IMG/VR virus record: IMGVR_UViG_2563366947_000002
Length of the DNA stretch: 64,000 bases
Source: a virus
Taxonomy: Duplodnaviria > Heunggongvirae > Uroviricota > Caudoviricetes
Reading direction: 5' to 3' (one strand)
Each line of letters begins with the position of its first letter. Within the stretch, counting starts at the first letter, position 1. Under the pieces are notes generated by a model. That model made no database searches and was not told the DNA's origin. It was given only the letters and a program-made list of their open reading frames with translations. The position numbers and the translations under genes are program-made. Shown here piece after piece: positions 39,551-49,528 of the stretch.

Positions 39551-39838
39551 TTAGCTCATCACACTATAACGACGGGGAACGGAATTCTCCATCAGGTCAC
39601 GAATTACTCCCGCTTCATGTAGTTCCTCTGTCTCCCAGTATCTGTTTGTCACCAGATCGAGGCTGGCTATGACCTTGTGCCGGTCATTCGGCATAGCCAA
39701 TTTTTCTGCTATAACCATCAGTGAAAACTCTTCATCCAGTAGAATTTGATACCAGACTTTTGACAGTTCCAACTCTCTAATGAGGGTGAAGCGCCGCTCA
39801 AGTGTGGCGGCAGAATAAGTGAAATCTATTTTTTTCAT
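39551..39838 (-). CDS. hypothetical protein
   Basis: 95-aa ORF downstream of the Rha-like gene. Confidence 0.4.
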   Translation of the reverse strand: MKKIDFTYSAATLERRFTLIRELELSKVWYQILLDEEFSLMVIAEKLAMPNDRHKVIASLDLVTNRYWETEELHEAGVIRDLMENSVPRRYSVMS

Positions 39839-39897
39839 CGTGCGGATAATCCGATTATTTGGCAGTTAAATCCCCGGAGTCGCCGGGGATGCAGCAT

Positions 39898-40839
39898 TTA
39901 ACTAACAATCCAGTCCATAGCAATAACATCCTCTGGAGCTAAATCAATAGCATGGATTTTCCCGTCCCGGATGGTGCGCCAGTGCTTTCGTGATCCACCT
40001 TCGGGCCATACCCATACACCTTCAGGCCAGGAAGAACGACGACACACTGTTGCGTATCCAGTCCTGATCTTCTCTCTGGCGGTATGTAGTGACAGATTAT
40101 CCTTTGGGCTTTCAGGCACAGGATGGTGGATTGCCTGAAACATCCCCATCTTTGGATGATACCAGCGTTTATTGCGTGGTTCTGCCTCCGACATCACCTG
40201 CTTAAAGGCTTTCCGGAAGGGGGCTAGGGCCACAATGGAGCGTCGCGCAAGCAAACCATCTGGAGTTAAAAACTCATGCGTATCGGTGGGAATCCGGTAA
40301 GCGTTGACCAGGTTTCGGCATTTGGCTTCAGTCAGGCCGCATTTCGCCGCCAGCTGGCGGTAGCCAATGTAGCCTTCCGGCATATTGCCTTTCTTTATTT
40401 GCTCGACGGTTTCAGCGACTTTGGACACTTGTGCCGATACTTCGGCTACCTGGGCATTAACAGCGTTGATCCGGCGTTCATGCTCAAGATGCATTTGCGC
40501 CATTTCAGCCAGGATTTCGGCTTTTGATTTTAACGGTCCCCTGGCATTCTCCAGTTCGCGCCAGCGGTCCACCAGCCGGGCGGTGAATTCCGGAGAGAGC
40601 TGTGCGACGACAATGATACTATCGCGCTTGCCTTGTTCGCCTTCGAAGACATAGGCTTTTGTGTATTTATTAGGGCTAAGTGATTGATTATTCTCAACTG
40701 TAGCCAATGGCGTATGTTGGATAACACCTTTAGCAACAAGTCTTTCGATGCTGCGTTTAACATCAGAGTGACGACTTCCCACCAGTTTCGCGATCTCAAT
40801 ACTGGTCATTGTCGCTTTGCGAGAGATGGGCAGATTCAT
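39898..40839 (-). CDS. Rha-family phage regulatory protein / antirepressor-like (positional analog of P1 ant)
   Basis: N-terminal MTSIEIAKLVGSRHSDVKRSIERL resembles Rha/ORF6N domains; start overlaps the upstream small ORF. Confidence 0.5.
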   Translation of the reverse strand: MNLPISRKATMTSIEIAKLVGSRHSDVKRSIERLVAKGVIQHTPLATVENNQSLSPNKYTKAYVFEGEQGKRDSIIVVAQLSPEFTARLVDRWRELENARGPLKSKAEILAEMAQMHLEHERRINAVNAQVAEVSAQVSKVAETVEQIKKGNMPEGYIGYRQLAAKCGLTEAKCRNLVNAYRIPTDTHEFLTPDGLLARRSIVALAPFRKAFKQVMSEAEPRNKRWYHPKMGMFQAIHHPVPESPKDNLSLHTAREKIRTGYATVCRRSSWPEGVWVWPEGGSRKHWRTIRDGKIHAIDLAPEDVIAMDWIVS

Positions 40840-41054
40840 CAGTGCACCTCCACGCAGTTCATCGGCAGATTCCAGTAATTGAGGATCTCCATCGCATCAA
40901 GAGTGAAGCGTGCGGCAAAAATGCAGGGTTCTTCAGGAAGGTATGAACGAGCTTCTGCTTCGGTAGCAGCCATTACGCAGATATACAGGTGTTTTTGGCA
41001 GGAATAGAAACGCCAGATAAATTCAGAATGAGTTGGGGTAGGGATAGTAGCCAT
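40839..41054 (-). CDS. small protein (positional analog of P1 icd)
   Basis: 71 aa, AGGAGG RBS, stop overlaps the Rha-like start. Confidence 0.35.
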   Translation of the reverse strand: MATIPTPTHSEFIWRFYSCQKHLYICVMAATEAEARSYLPEEPCIFAARFTLDAMEILNYWNLPMNCVEVH

Positions 41055-41237
41055 ATTGGCAGCCTCCTTTTGCTAATTTAAGGAGCTACCGCGTGAGGTT
41101 CCAATCTCAATGGCGGTAGCACTGACTGGGTTGGAACTACCGGCGCAAAAGGGAACCGGCCTGCCTTTCGGCAGCCCAGCCAGCACTACCATTGATCTCT
41201 GAGCTAAACGCTACGTATGGCTGTGCGATGGCATGAC

Positions 41238-41261
41238 ACAAAAAAAGACGCTTTCGGCGTC
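41238..41261 (-). terminator. rho-independent terminator (minus strand)
   Basis: AGACGCCGAAAGCGTCT hairpin followed by TTTTTTT on the minus strand. Confidence 0.55.
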
Positions 41262-41366
41262 TGTGTCGCCTTTTGCATTATCCGGGGTTCCAATCCCGGC
41301 ACCCGTTTTTCTAAGGTGCCGTAGAAATATACCCCACGATAATGCCAGGGCGCAACAGTCAGTATT

Positions 41367-41534
41367 TTATGCTTTGGCGGATTTTTTCCGGGCTTGCTTG
41401 CAGGCGTAGGCCATTGCTTTAGCTTTCACTTCATCCAGCTTCCCGGTGATCACTTCTTTTCCGAGAGTGACAAACCAGTCATAGCAACCGCCAGTAATGT
41501 TCTTGATTTGAAAGTTGAGGTAGCGAACAGTCAT
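41367..41534 (-). CDS. small basic protein, 55 aa (not in ORF track)
   Basis: ATG at 41532-41534 with GGGGG RBS; translation MTVRYLNFQIKNITGGCYDWFVTLGKEVITGKLDEVKAKAMAYACKQARKKSAKA. Confidence 0.3.
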   Translation of the reverse strand: MTVRYLNFQIKNITGGCYDWFVTLGKEVITGKLDEVKAKAMAYACKQARKKSAKA

Positions 41535-41854
41535 TTTGACACCCCCAGCGCGAGTAAAGAATGCAGATTATCGCGTGAGTGGTGGACGACGAGTGATGGG
41601 AAAAGACTGTAGTTGTTCATAGTGTAGTGACTCCTTGCTTTCGGAGCCGCCATCGACTGTTCCACGGTCTGGTGGCGGCGCAATAAAGGCTGGAACACCG
41701 TGAGTCAACGGGGGCTTTTCAGCCACCTATATTGCACCGCCATAGGTATGGCGGCGGCAATAATACGAAAAACTAAACAGTTTGTCTCAAAAAGTTGACC
41801 GGTGTGCCAATCGGTAGTGAATGTACATCGGGGAAATTCACAATTCAACTTAAA

Positions 41855-41868
41855 ATGTTAGAAAACTA
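41855..41868. promoter_or_regulatory. C1-type operator-like motif (ATGTTAGAAAACTA)
   Basis: Motif family member at the head of the minus-strand leader toward the icd-like/Rha-like genes. Confidence 0.4.
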
Positions 41869-42444
41869 ATTTATCATTTCAATCTCCATCTGATACAACG
41901 CCATTTCATCGGCATTGTGCCGTATGAAATCTGCTTTTCCGCCTATTTTTCCATCAGCATGAACAGGGACCAGCCAGGGATATTGTTCTCGGACCTCGGC
42001 TGGCGCTGCGTACTGGTGGTGCCATTTACACAAAGGGAGGACATATTTATGCGCGTTCTCTGCCGTTCTCCCGAAGATATGGTGCAGGGATACTACTGGG
42101 CTATGTTGCCCGTGAATATGGCAGGCAATGCAGGGGAGAGTACCGATAGCGGTCTGTATCCGGCGTTCATCGGCTGTGAGTGATCTGCCCTTCAGGCCGC
42201 GTGACGTGCGTGTTTTTTTGGACGGAGCGGATACAGCTTTCTCTTTTCTCCGCTGGTCATATTGCTTTGCTTTTTCAATTTTTTTTTGCCGATATTCAGG
42301 CGATGCGGCTTTTTCTCTCGCTCGCTGCTGCTGGCGTTGAGCTTGTTGAAGGCGCTTTGCCCTTTGTTCCTCTCGCCAGGCTGGGTCAGCCAATTTTTGC
42401 ATGGCTTTTTGTCTCTGTTTCTCCCAATAACTCTGTTTCTGCAT
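41866..42444 (-). CDS. ref: Ref-like HNH-family nuclease
   Basis: 192 aa; Lys/Arg/Gln-rich N-terminus and a Cys/His-rich C-terminal region (CIACH..HH, CKWHH) as in P1 Ref. Confidence 0.55.
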   Translation of the reverse strand: MQKQSYWEKQRQKAMQKLADPAWREEQRAKRLQQAQRQQQRAREKAASPEYRQKKIEKAKQYDQRRKEKAVSAPSKKTRTSRGLKGRSLTADERRIQTAIGTLPCIACHIHGQHSPVVSLHHIFGRTAENAHKYVLPLCKWHHQYAAPAEVREQYPWLVPVHADGKIGGKADFIRHNADEMALYQMEIEMIN

Positions 42445-42490
42445 GATGGCTGCCTCTTACTTATCAGCGATTTTTTTATGATTGATCAAT

Positions 42491-42528
42491 ATCGTTAGAT
42501 AATCAAAATTGATTTTCTAACACAAAAC
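42491..42528. promoter_or_regulatory. pair of C1-type operator-like motifs in the ref divergent promoter
   Basis: ATCGTTAGATAATC and TTTTCTAACACAAAA. Confidence 0.4.
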
Positions 42529-42716
42529 ATTAATATCTTCGCTGATAACTGTTTGGAGGACATGATGCTTATAGCTTTAAGTGCGATCCACCAGCCATCT
42601 GTGAACGAGATCGGTCTGTTCTATGTGCTGTTTTTCGGGGCGTTGGCGCTACTTGAACTTGGTATTGAGCTTTTTGCCGTGCTGATGTTTTGCGTCACGA
42701 TGCTGGGGAAATTTTG

Positions 42717-43340
42717 ATGGTGAAACGTGTTTTGAAAATTTACATCGCGGGGCCGATGACTGGTTATCCAGATTACAACCGTGCGGCGTTTGATGCGAAA
42801 GCGAGCGAGCTGATGGCTGAAGGGCATATCGTTCTGAATCCAGCTGTGTTACCTGGTGGCCTTTGTCAGAGTGAATACATGGATATTTGCCTGGCAATGA
42901 TGCGTTCTGCTGATGCGATCTATCTGCTTAAGGGATGGGATGTGTCCGCAGGAGCACGTGCAGAACACGCTCTGGCTGAAAAACTGGGGTTGACGGTAAT
43001 TTATGAAGCACCATCTGACACAGATTGCAGAATGGCAGCGCATCTTTACCGTGAACTGGTCGATGCGTTACGTGATGTTGCTATTGAATGTCACGGCACG
43101 GATCAGCTTCGCGCCCGCTTAAGCAATACCCTTTCCAGTTACCTGTCTTTAGCTGAAGGATACAACCTCCGGCAGCGGAGAATGGTCAAATTAATCACGC
43201 GTTTATCTCAATCCCTGGCAAATGCCGAACCAACTAATCCGCTACCTAATGACGCAATGAATTATCTGAAGTCATGCGGCGTTGTTTCTGAAGATGCAGT
43301 TCGTTTTGTGGAGTTTATGTCTCAGAGGATGTCGGCGTGA
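42717..43340 (+). CDS. DUF4406-like (nucleoside 2-deoxyribosyltransferase-like) domain protein
   Basis: IYIAGPMTGYPDYNRAAF N-terminus; GGGGAA RBS before the ATG at 42717. Confidence 0.45.
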   Translation: MVKRVLKIYIAGPMTGYPDYNRAAFDAKASELMAEGHIVLNPAVLPGGLCQSEYMDICLAMMRSADAIYLLKGWDVSAGARAEHALAEKLGLTVIYEAPSDTDCRMAAHLYRELVDALRDVAIECHGTDQLRARLSNTLSSYLSLAEGYNLRQRRMVKLITRLSQSLANAEPTNPLPNDAMNYLKSCGVVSEDAVRFVEFMSQRMSA

Positions 43341-43654
43341 GCTGGCGGGGGTGGGGAAGGGCAGGAATCATGATACTCCGCCAGTGCGCCGGAACTATGA
43401 CGGTCGAGAGTATTGGGAAGCTGATCGGTCGTACCGGTGATGCCGTCAGGACTAAAGCGCGAGAGCTTGGGATCAGCATGATTCTGAAAGGTGACTTTCA
43501 CCAGTCAGCCAAATACCGGCAGAGCGATATAGAGCTGGCGCGGCAGCTTCATCAGTGTGGCGTTCCCCGCCGTGAGATCGCAGAAAAACTCGAAATGCCC
43601 CTGGGCATGATTAATCAGTACGTTTATTTCGAAAGGAGAGTGTATGAAGTCTGA
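43337..43654 (+). CDS. hypothetical protein
   Basis: 105-aa ORF coupled to the previous gene. Confidence 0.4.
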   Translation: MSWRGWGRAGIMILRQCAGTMTVESIGKLIGRTGDAVRTKARELGISMILKGDFHQSAKYRQSDIELARQLHQCGVPRREIAEKLEMPLGMINQYVYFERRVYEV

Positions 43655-44003
43655 AGGTTTAACGCCCGCACAACTGGCAGAGCGTAACGCTGAATTACCC
43701 AGGATTACCCAGGAAAAAGCCTTCCACATACTCGAACGATTAGAAACGCTCGCTACGGAGGAGGATATATCCCCGGAGAAACTGGTTGAGTTCAGCCGTG
43801 TGATATTGCGTCGCAAGAACGATATGGAGCGGCTGACATCTGGCGCTCCATCCTTATCAGTCAGTCCAGCGCTTTATTGCAGCTTCTGCAACAAATCCCA
43901 GCACACCGTTAAAAAGTTAATTGCTGGGGACGCCGTTTTCATCTGCGACGAGTGTGTGGATGCGTGCAACAACGTTATCCGGGAAGAGGACTTAAGAAAA
44001 TGA
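43644..44003 (+). CDS. small protein with a ClpX-type N-terminal zinc-binding domain at its C-terminus
   Basis: Residues about 75-119 ([39 protein letters not shown]) nearly copy the E. coli ClpX ZBD. Confidence 0.55.
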   Translation: MKSEGLTPAQLAERNAELPRITQEKAFHILERLETLATEEDISPEKLVEFSRVILRRKNDMERLTSGAPSLSVSPALYCSFCNKSQHTVKKLIAGDAVFICDECVDACNNVIREEDLRK

Positions 44004-44079
44004 ATGACGAATTTGACCGCTTTGAATTTTAACGGGGCGCACCGTCGCCCCGCATGGGAGGGGGATACGATGAAAAAAG

Positions 44080-44370
44080 ATGAGGCAGAATCCAATGAAT
44101 ATCGACACGACAATAACGATCGATACGCTCCTAAATTCCGGTCTGGCACTTCTCGGTTGGTTTTACATCATGTTCAGTGCGGGGAAGTGGGCGGCCTCTG
44201 TTTTTCTAAAGCAGTGGGGAAAGCGCCGCAAACAGGAAAAACGCCAGAAAGCGTTGGAGGCGTTCTATGACGCATTTGAACTTAGCCGCATTGAACCAGG
44301 CACAACAGCCAGGATAGCGACAAAAGGCGACCTGATGATAGTGATGTTCAGACAGGAGAAAACCAAATGA
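44080..44370 (+). CDS. hypothetical membrane-associated protein
   Basis: 96-aa ORF with a hydrophobic segment. Confidence 0.35.
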   Translation: MRQNPMNIDTTITIDTLLNSGLALLGWFYIMFSAGKWAASVFLKQWGKRRKQEKRQKALEAFYDAFELSRIEPGTTARIATKGDLMIVMFRQEKTK

Positions 44371-44591
44371 CAGAACAGACGATGACAAATCGCGAACTTG
44401 TTGATGCCGCGATTGAACTTGCTGGCGATTTTTATTCCATGATGGGGTACACGCATCGCCCAGGCTTCAAATATTGGGAGTCTCCGCACCCGCAAGAGCA
44501 ACGGGTATTTCAAATGGCCTGTCGCGCTTTTGAAGTTATTCGCGGTTCTGATGTGATGGACGCGGTTGCTGATTTGGAGGATGAAGAGTGA
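44367..44591 (+). CDS. hypothetical protein
   Basis: 74-aa ORF with overlapping stop/start. Confidence 0.4.
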   Translation: MTEQTMTNRELVDAAIELAGDFYSMMGYTHRPGFKYWESPHPQEQRVFQMACRAFEVIRGSDVMDAVADLEDEE

Positions 44592-44899
44592 ACACAATTA
44601 AAGAAATGCCGGTAGAACGTGATGAATATGGCTGCTGGACACATCCGGAGTATGAAAAGTTTTGCGCAGGTCGTGAATATATATCCACTGAGGAATTTGA
44701 CGCCTGGATGAAGGAAAATAATCTTCAGTGGACTATTCGCAGTATGGATGAAGATGATTTTGATCTGGACGCAGCTGGTCCCGATATTGCCGTCTGGGAA
44801 CCGGAGCGACCAGAGGGTGAAGGCTGGTTTGTTGGCTCTATTCATGACACTGAAGATGGTCCAGTTTGTATCTGGCTGCGGGAGAAGGTTGCCGCATGA
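44588..44899 (+). CDS. hypothetical protein
   Basis: 103-aa ORF with overlapping stop/start. Confidence 0.4.
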   Translation: MNTIKEMPVERDEYGCWTHPEYEKFCAGREYISTEEFDAWMKENNLQWTIRSMDEDDFDLDAAGPDIAVWEPERPEGEGWFVGSIHDTEDGPVCIWLREKVAA

Positions 44900-45588
44900 T
44901 CCAGGCTCTGCATGAAGTGAATTTATATAGCCGTATTGATGGTTCAGGCTACAGAAACATATGGGTTGTTGGTGATTTGCACGGTTGCTACACCCTACTT
45001 ATGAATGAACTCCATCGTGTGGATTTTGACCCGGCGCAGGATTTACTGATATCGGTCGGCGACCTTATCGATCGCGGTACTGAAAATGTCGAATGTCTGG
45101 AACTATTGCAGATGCCCTGGTTCAGGGCAGTGATGGGGAACCATGAGCGGCTGATGATTGATGCGTTAAGTCCAGATGGCAACGTGAATAACTGGCTAAT
45201 GAATGGCGGACAATGGTTCTTCATGCTGGACACTGATCAGGAAATATTAGCCTGGGCGCTGGTGGAGCTGGTAAAGCGTCTGCCCTATATCATTGAGTTG
45301 AACACCGGGCATGAAACTATCGTTATAGCCCATGCCGACTATCCAGGTGGAGAGTACCAGTTCGGTAAGGATGTGTCGCTTTTTGATGTTGTCTGGTCGC
45401 GCAGTCGCGTCGGTGATTCGATAGATGGCATTGGTGGAGAAATCACAGGCGCAGATCGCTTTATCTTTGGGCACACACCGGTACGAAGACCAAAAGCATA
45501 CTGGAATCAGCACTACATAGACACGGGCGCGGTTTTTTGCGGAAATCTGACGCTAATGCAGGTGAAGGGAGGGCAGCTTAAAGTCTGA
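44896..45588 (+). CDS. Ser/Thr protein phosphatase (lambda-PPase / PrpA-like metallophosphoesterase)
   Basis: GDLHG, GDLIDRG and GNHE motifs; GGAGAAGG RBS before the ATG at 44896. Confidence 0.75.
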   Translation: MIQALHEVNLYSRIDGSGYRNIWVVGDLHGCYTLLMNELHRVDFDPAQDLLISVGDLIDRGTENVECLELLQMPWFRAVMGNHERLMIDALSPDGNVNNWLMNGGQWFFMLDTDQEILAWALVELVKRLPYIIELNTGHETIVIAHADYPGGEYQFGKDVSLFDVVWSRSRVGDSIDGIGGEITGADRFIFGHTPVRRPKAYWNQHYIDTGAVFCGNLTLMQVKGGQLKV

Positions 45589-45610
45589 TCAAATCATTTA
45601 CGCACTCAAA

Positions 45611-45648
45611 ATATGTTAGAACATTGATTTTAGTTTTCTAACATATTA
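45611..45648. promoter_or_regulatory. pair of C1-type operator-like motifs
   Basis: ATATGTTAGAACATTG and TTTTCTAACATATTA upstream of the 45686 gene. Confidence 0.4.
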
Positions 45649-45685
45649 TTTTACCGCTCGGAACAAAACAGAGTCGGTATACATT

Positions 45686-46681
45686 ATGAGTGCAATAATC
45701 ACACCTCATTTCGTAAACGGAGCTGGTGTGGCTGTCTTTCCGGTAGACAAGCCCACCAGTAACTACATTGGCGCAGGTCGCCGTTTCATTATCTCCCCAC
45801 TTCCGCGCGAACAGGCTGAAAACACGCCAGATGGCGTAGTGGATCTGAATTATTCGCTGGTTGCCAACCAGTCTCTGAAACCGTTTTTTCAAAGCGAGCG
45901 CGTATTTAACGCGTTGGGCGGTGAAGATTCGCTTGTTCATTGGGTAAGTTCCAATATCCACGATTGCCAGGCGCACGATAAGCGCGATTGCAGCCACCAG
46001 CTAACCACTCATTTCTATAACGGCTCTGCCGTTCGCCTGTGCTGGAAGCATGATGCGGAATACATGATGAAGGGGTACAGCAAGCTGGACGACCAGTTAT
46101 CCCTGAATCGTGCCAACTGGGTTATGAACTGGGCTGCGAGCGAGTTAAAACTACCGCCAGAACGCGATCTGAGCATGGTTGAACTCACTTTTTGGGCCAT
46201 TCGCCGGAATCTGAAAGATGAGCTGCCAGATGAAGCCGGTCGCATTGCATTTTGTCAGCCAAAAAATGAAATCCCTACCGGTACGCTGAAAGAATCAGAT
46301 ATCACCTGGGAGCACAGTACCCGCGAGCTGGTGGACATAACCGCAGAGCAGATCGTCAACCTGTCTGTAGATGAGGATTCCGGCCTGCTTTATATGCGCC
46401 GACCAAAAGCGGTCCTCGGTAAAAGCCCGGCTTATCTCCGGTTTGTGGTTTCTCGTCCGTGTATCGGATGCGGTGGCAAAGTTAACCACCCGTTCATGTA
46501 CCGCGCCCGCTCGTTAAACGAACACGACCGCTGGGCTGTTCCTCTTTGCGATGACTGCGCCAGAAGCGCAGAAAACGATGTCCGGGCATGGGAAAAAGCA
46601 CATGGCATACGCCTTTACGTAGCCGCTAACCAGCTTTTTGACTTCGCCATCGAGCGCGGAGTGATCACTTTCAATAACTGA
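45686..46681 (+). CDS. hypothetical protein
   Basis: 331-aa ORF; C-terminal Cys cluster (CIGCGG ... CDDCARS). Confidence 0.45.
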   Translation: MSAIITPHFVNGAGVAVFPVDKPTSNYIGAGRRFIISPLPREQAENTPDGVVDLNYSLVANQSLKPFFQSERVFNALGGEDSLVHWVSSNIHDCQAHDKRDCSHQLTTHFYNGSAVRLCWKHDAEYMMKGYSKLDDQLSLNRANWVMNWAASELKLPPERDLSMVELTFWAIRRNLKDELPDEAGRIAFCQPKNEIPTGTLKESDITWEHSTRELVDITAEQIVNLSVDEDSGLLYMRRPKAVLGKSPAYLRFVVSRPCIGCGGKVNHPFMYRARSLNEHDRWAVPLCDDCARSAENDVRAWEKAHGIRLYVAANQLFDFAIERGVITFNN

Positions 46682-46685
46682 TGAG

Positions 46686-47387
46686 GTGGATCAAAAAATG
46701 AAAGAACGCGGGATGATTTTTAACGATGAGATGGTCAGGGCCATCCTCGAAGGAAGGAAGACGCAGACTCGCCGACCTGTAAAAAATGTCAGGGCCGATA
46801 ACTGCCTGGTTATCCGTAAACCGACAAAGAAACGCAATGGTGTCTATACCCACGTTATGGATGCACCTGAACATGGTTTATGCCCGTTCGGTAACGTTGG
46901 TGATCGCATATGGGTCCGTGAGGCGTGGGCGATATTAGGCAATGAGGATGGTTGCAGTGTGGACTGGAACGACAACCTTTGTCGTGGCGATGAGAAGAAC
47001 GCAGCAAGGATTTATCGGGCCAGTTGTGAGCAAAAGCCGGGTGATTACGGCTTGTGGTCGATACCCGATGATGCCGACTGGAAACCTCACACTGTGAATG
47101 AAAAATTTGATGGCGGGTGGTGTCCATCAATTCACATGCCGCGCTGGGCATCGCGCATTCTTCTGGAAATTACCAACGTGCGCGTTGAGCGGTTGAACGA
47201 TATCAGCGAATGCGATGCAAGGGCTGAGGGCGCACCAACAGAATCGACCCTCATTGGCGATAAGCATTACCCATGTTTCCGTAGCCTATGGAAATCAATT
47301 TATGGCGAAGATAGTTGGAACGCTAATCCTTGGGTGTGGGTAATCGAGTTTAAGCGTATTCAGGGGGCAACCAGTGAGCAAGATTGA
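46686..47387 (+). CDS. ASCH-domain-like protein
   Basis: N-terminal MVRAILEGRKTQTRR is a typical ASCH signature. Confidence 0.45.
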   Translation: MDQKMKERGMIFNDEMVRAILEGRKTQTRRPVKNVRADNCLVIRKPTKKRNGVYTHVMDAPEHGLCPFGNVGDRIWVREAWAILGNEDGCSVDWNDNLCRGDEKNAARIYRASCEQKPGDYGLWSIPDDADWKPHTVNEKFDGGWCPSIHMPRWASRILLEITNVRVERLNDISECDARAEGAPTESTLIGDKHYPCFRSLWKSIYGEDSWNANPWVWVIEFKRIQGATSEQD

Positions 47388-48021
47388 TTATCAAAAGCTT
47401 CGTGAAATCGCTGAAAAAACAAAAATTGCTGGTGAAGCACCTGTAATGCCTTTCGATCAGCGAATTAATGCGCTTAACGATTTTATGAAGCACTTTTCGC
47501 CAGATATCGCGCTGGCATTGTTGGATGAACGGGAAAGAAACCTGCAATACATCAAAAGCCGCGATCAGGAGAACGAGGATATTGCGCTAACGGTAGGGAA
47601 GCTGCGTGTTGAGCTGGAAGCAGCAGAGAACAACCTTATTGATAGTGAATGCCATGTTGCTGAACTGGAAGAAGCTCTACGCGATAAGCAGGCGTTACTT
47701 GAAGCATCAGAAAAGCGCATAGCAGAACTGGAAGCACGGGAAATAAAACCAGCCAAAGGTGAAGTTCTTGTCGTTGTTTCTGGTTTTACTGGTTGCGGAA
47801 AAAGCGCCATCGCCGGGGAAATAGAAATCGCGATGAAGGCTATTGGTGTACCGGTTAAGTGGACTAATGGCGATGCAGAAAAGCGCATGACTGGCGCTGA
47901 CTGGCTGACAGCGATTGAGATGTACAAACCAACAGTGCGCATCGTGGAAGTTAATGTGCCACGCGTCGCTGGCATTTGCATCAAAGGAGACGCAGGAGAG
48001 CAAAACGATGAAAAACCGTAA
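47374..48021 (+). CDS. Ead/Ea22-like protein with P-loop-like motif
   Basis: N-terminal MSKIDYQKLREIAEK and a coiled coil; GFTGCGKS; GTG start. Confidence 0.4.
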   Translation: MSKIDYQKLREIAEKTKIAGEAPVMPFDQRINALNDFMKHFSPDIALALLDERERNLQYIKSRDQENEDIALTVGKLRVELEAAENNLIDSECHVAELEEALRDKQALLEASEKRIAELEAREIKPAKGEVLVVVSGFTGCGKSAIAGEIEIAMKAIGVPVKWTNGDAEKRMTGADWLTAIEMYKPTVRIVEVNVPRVAGICIKGDAGEQNDEKP

Positions 48022-48200
48022 AGCTAAGATGCTTATCTCCCGTGTATACAGACTTTGCTATCCCAGCCAGTGGTTGAGAGTTAGCAATCGTCGTGTGGTG
48101 TTGTTTTCATTTTCTGGAATTGCCAGAGAGGGAGTCCGAGATAAGGGCAGCGCGGCGCAAAACCGCTGGAAAAACCACCTGCGCACTAAAGGAGACTGAT

Positions 48201-48416
48201 ATGGCTATTGCCGCAAGTTACACCATGCATCTCTACTGTGATTGTCGCCAGTGTACAAATGGTAAATATCAAACGCCAGACTTCGGTGAGTATATCGGTA
48301 CGTCATGGGCTGGCTGTGCAAAAGAGGCGCGCAAGGATGGCTGGCGAATAAGCGCCGACAAAACGCGTGCTTTTGCGCCAGGTCATAAAATTTTGAGGAT
48401 CAACAAAGGAGAGTGA
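48201..48416 (+). CDS. small Cys-rich protein
   Basis: AGGAG RBS before the ATG at 48201; CDCRQC motif. Confidence 0.4.
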   Translation: MAIAASYTMHLYCDCRQCTNGKYQTPDFGEYIGTSWAGCAKEARKDGWRISADKTRAFAPGHKILRINKGE

Positions 48417-48417
48417 T

Positions 48418-48873
48418 GTGCCGACATTATTCAGAAAAGAATATCCGCGAAGAAGCAGGGCTATAGAACTCTTGTTTCTCATTCTGTTTATCGTGCTGCT
48501 GATACCGATATCCTCAATATTAGTGACTGTTCTAGTGGGGAAAGCATTTGAACCGTTAGTTGACCTGTATATCGATATAGTGTGTAAACCATTCGGGGCA
48601 CTACACAATAAAATTAACCCATACAAGGAAACTGATATGGCAACTTTGACAAAAGAAGAGAGTTTTACCAAAAAACAAATCGCCGAGGCAAAAATCCTCG
48701 ACAATAACGGAACCTACTTTATCAACGGCTCCATCCTTCCTGTTTATATCAATGAAAATGGCGACACTTACCTTATTGAAGAGTACGAAAAAGGCAAGCC
48801 GAGCGAACACCTCATTAAAGACTTATTCGCCGACGGCGTTCTTGTTGCTGTTAATCCGATTGGCTACAACTGA
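48418..48873 (+). CDS. hypothetical membrane protein
   Basis: GTG start after an AGGAG RBS; N-terminal TM helix. Confidence 0.4.
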   Translation: MPTLFRKEYPRRSRAIELLFLILFIVLLIPISSILVTVLVGKAFEPLVDLYIDIVCKPFGALHNKINPYKETDMATLTKEESFTKKQIAEAKILDNNGTYFINGSILPVYINENGDTYLIEEYEKGKPSEHLIKDLFADGVLVAVNPIGYN

Positions 48874-48883
48874 GGCATAAATT

Positions 48884-49528
48884 ATGACCGTTTTAACCGA
48901 CAAAGAACTGATTAAAGAAATCAAAGAGCGCATAGGCAGTCTGGACGTTCGAGACAATATTGAGCGCCGTGCTTATGAAATTGCGCTGGCATCGCTGGAA
49001 GCAGAGCCTGTTGGTGAGTTTTATGAATACAAACCGGATGACTGGTATCAGCGTTCGGTCGGGGATAAAGCACCAAAGTGGGTGCCGTTATATGCTACTC
49101 CGCCAGTTCGGGAATTGCAGGCTGATGTCGCGCAAGCAATTGAAAATCTCAAGCAGAAGTTAGTGGAATGCAATCGCTATAACTACTGCGCAGATGCCGT
49201 TAAAGGTGTTGAGGATGCCAGCCGCGTCTTGGCACTCCAAAATCAAAATATGTCAGCGCCGATAACGCCGGAGGCCATTGAAAACGCAATTGAATACATC
49301 CGCAGTATCGCTTTTCACATCGATGAAGACGATTACCACGGCAAACATATTGCGTATTTCATGCGACAAGCATTGGCCTGGCTGGAAGGGCATTCATGCA
49401 GCAACGACAGACTGGGTAAAGCCGATAATCAACCAGTACGCGGCAACCAGGCTGCCGAATCCAATCGCGGTAATGAGTGGACCGGCAATCCTGATATTGA
49501 TACGCCATCATCATGCTCGATCGCATAG
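48884..49528 (+). CDS. hypothetical protein
   Basis: 214-aa ORF. Confidence 0.4.
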   Translation: MTVLTDKELIKEIKERIGSLDVRDNIERRAYEIALASLEAEPVGEFYEYKPDDWYQRSVGDKAPKWVPLYATPPVRELQADVAQAIENLKQKLVECNRYNYCADAVKGVEDASRVLALQNQNMSAPITPEAIENAIEYIRSIAFHIDEDDYHGKHIAYFMRQALAWLEGHSCSNDRLGKADNQPVRGNQAAESNRGNEWTGNPDIDTPSSCSIA

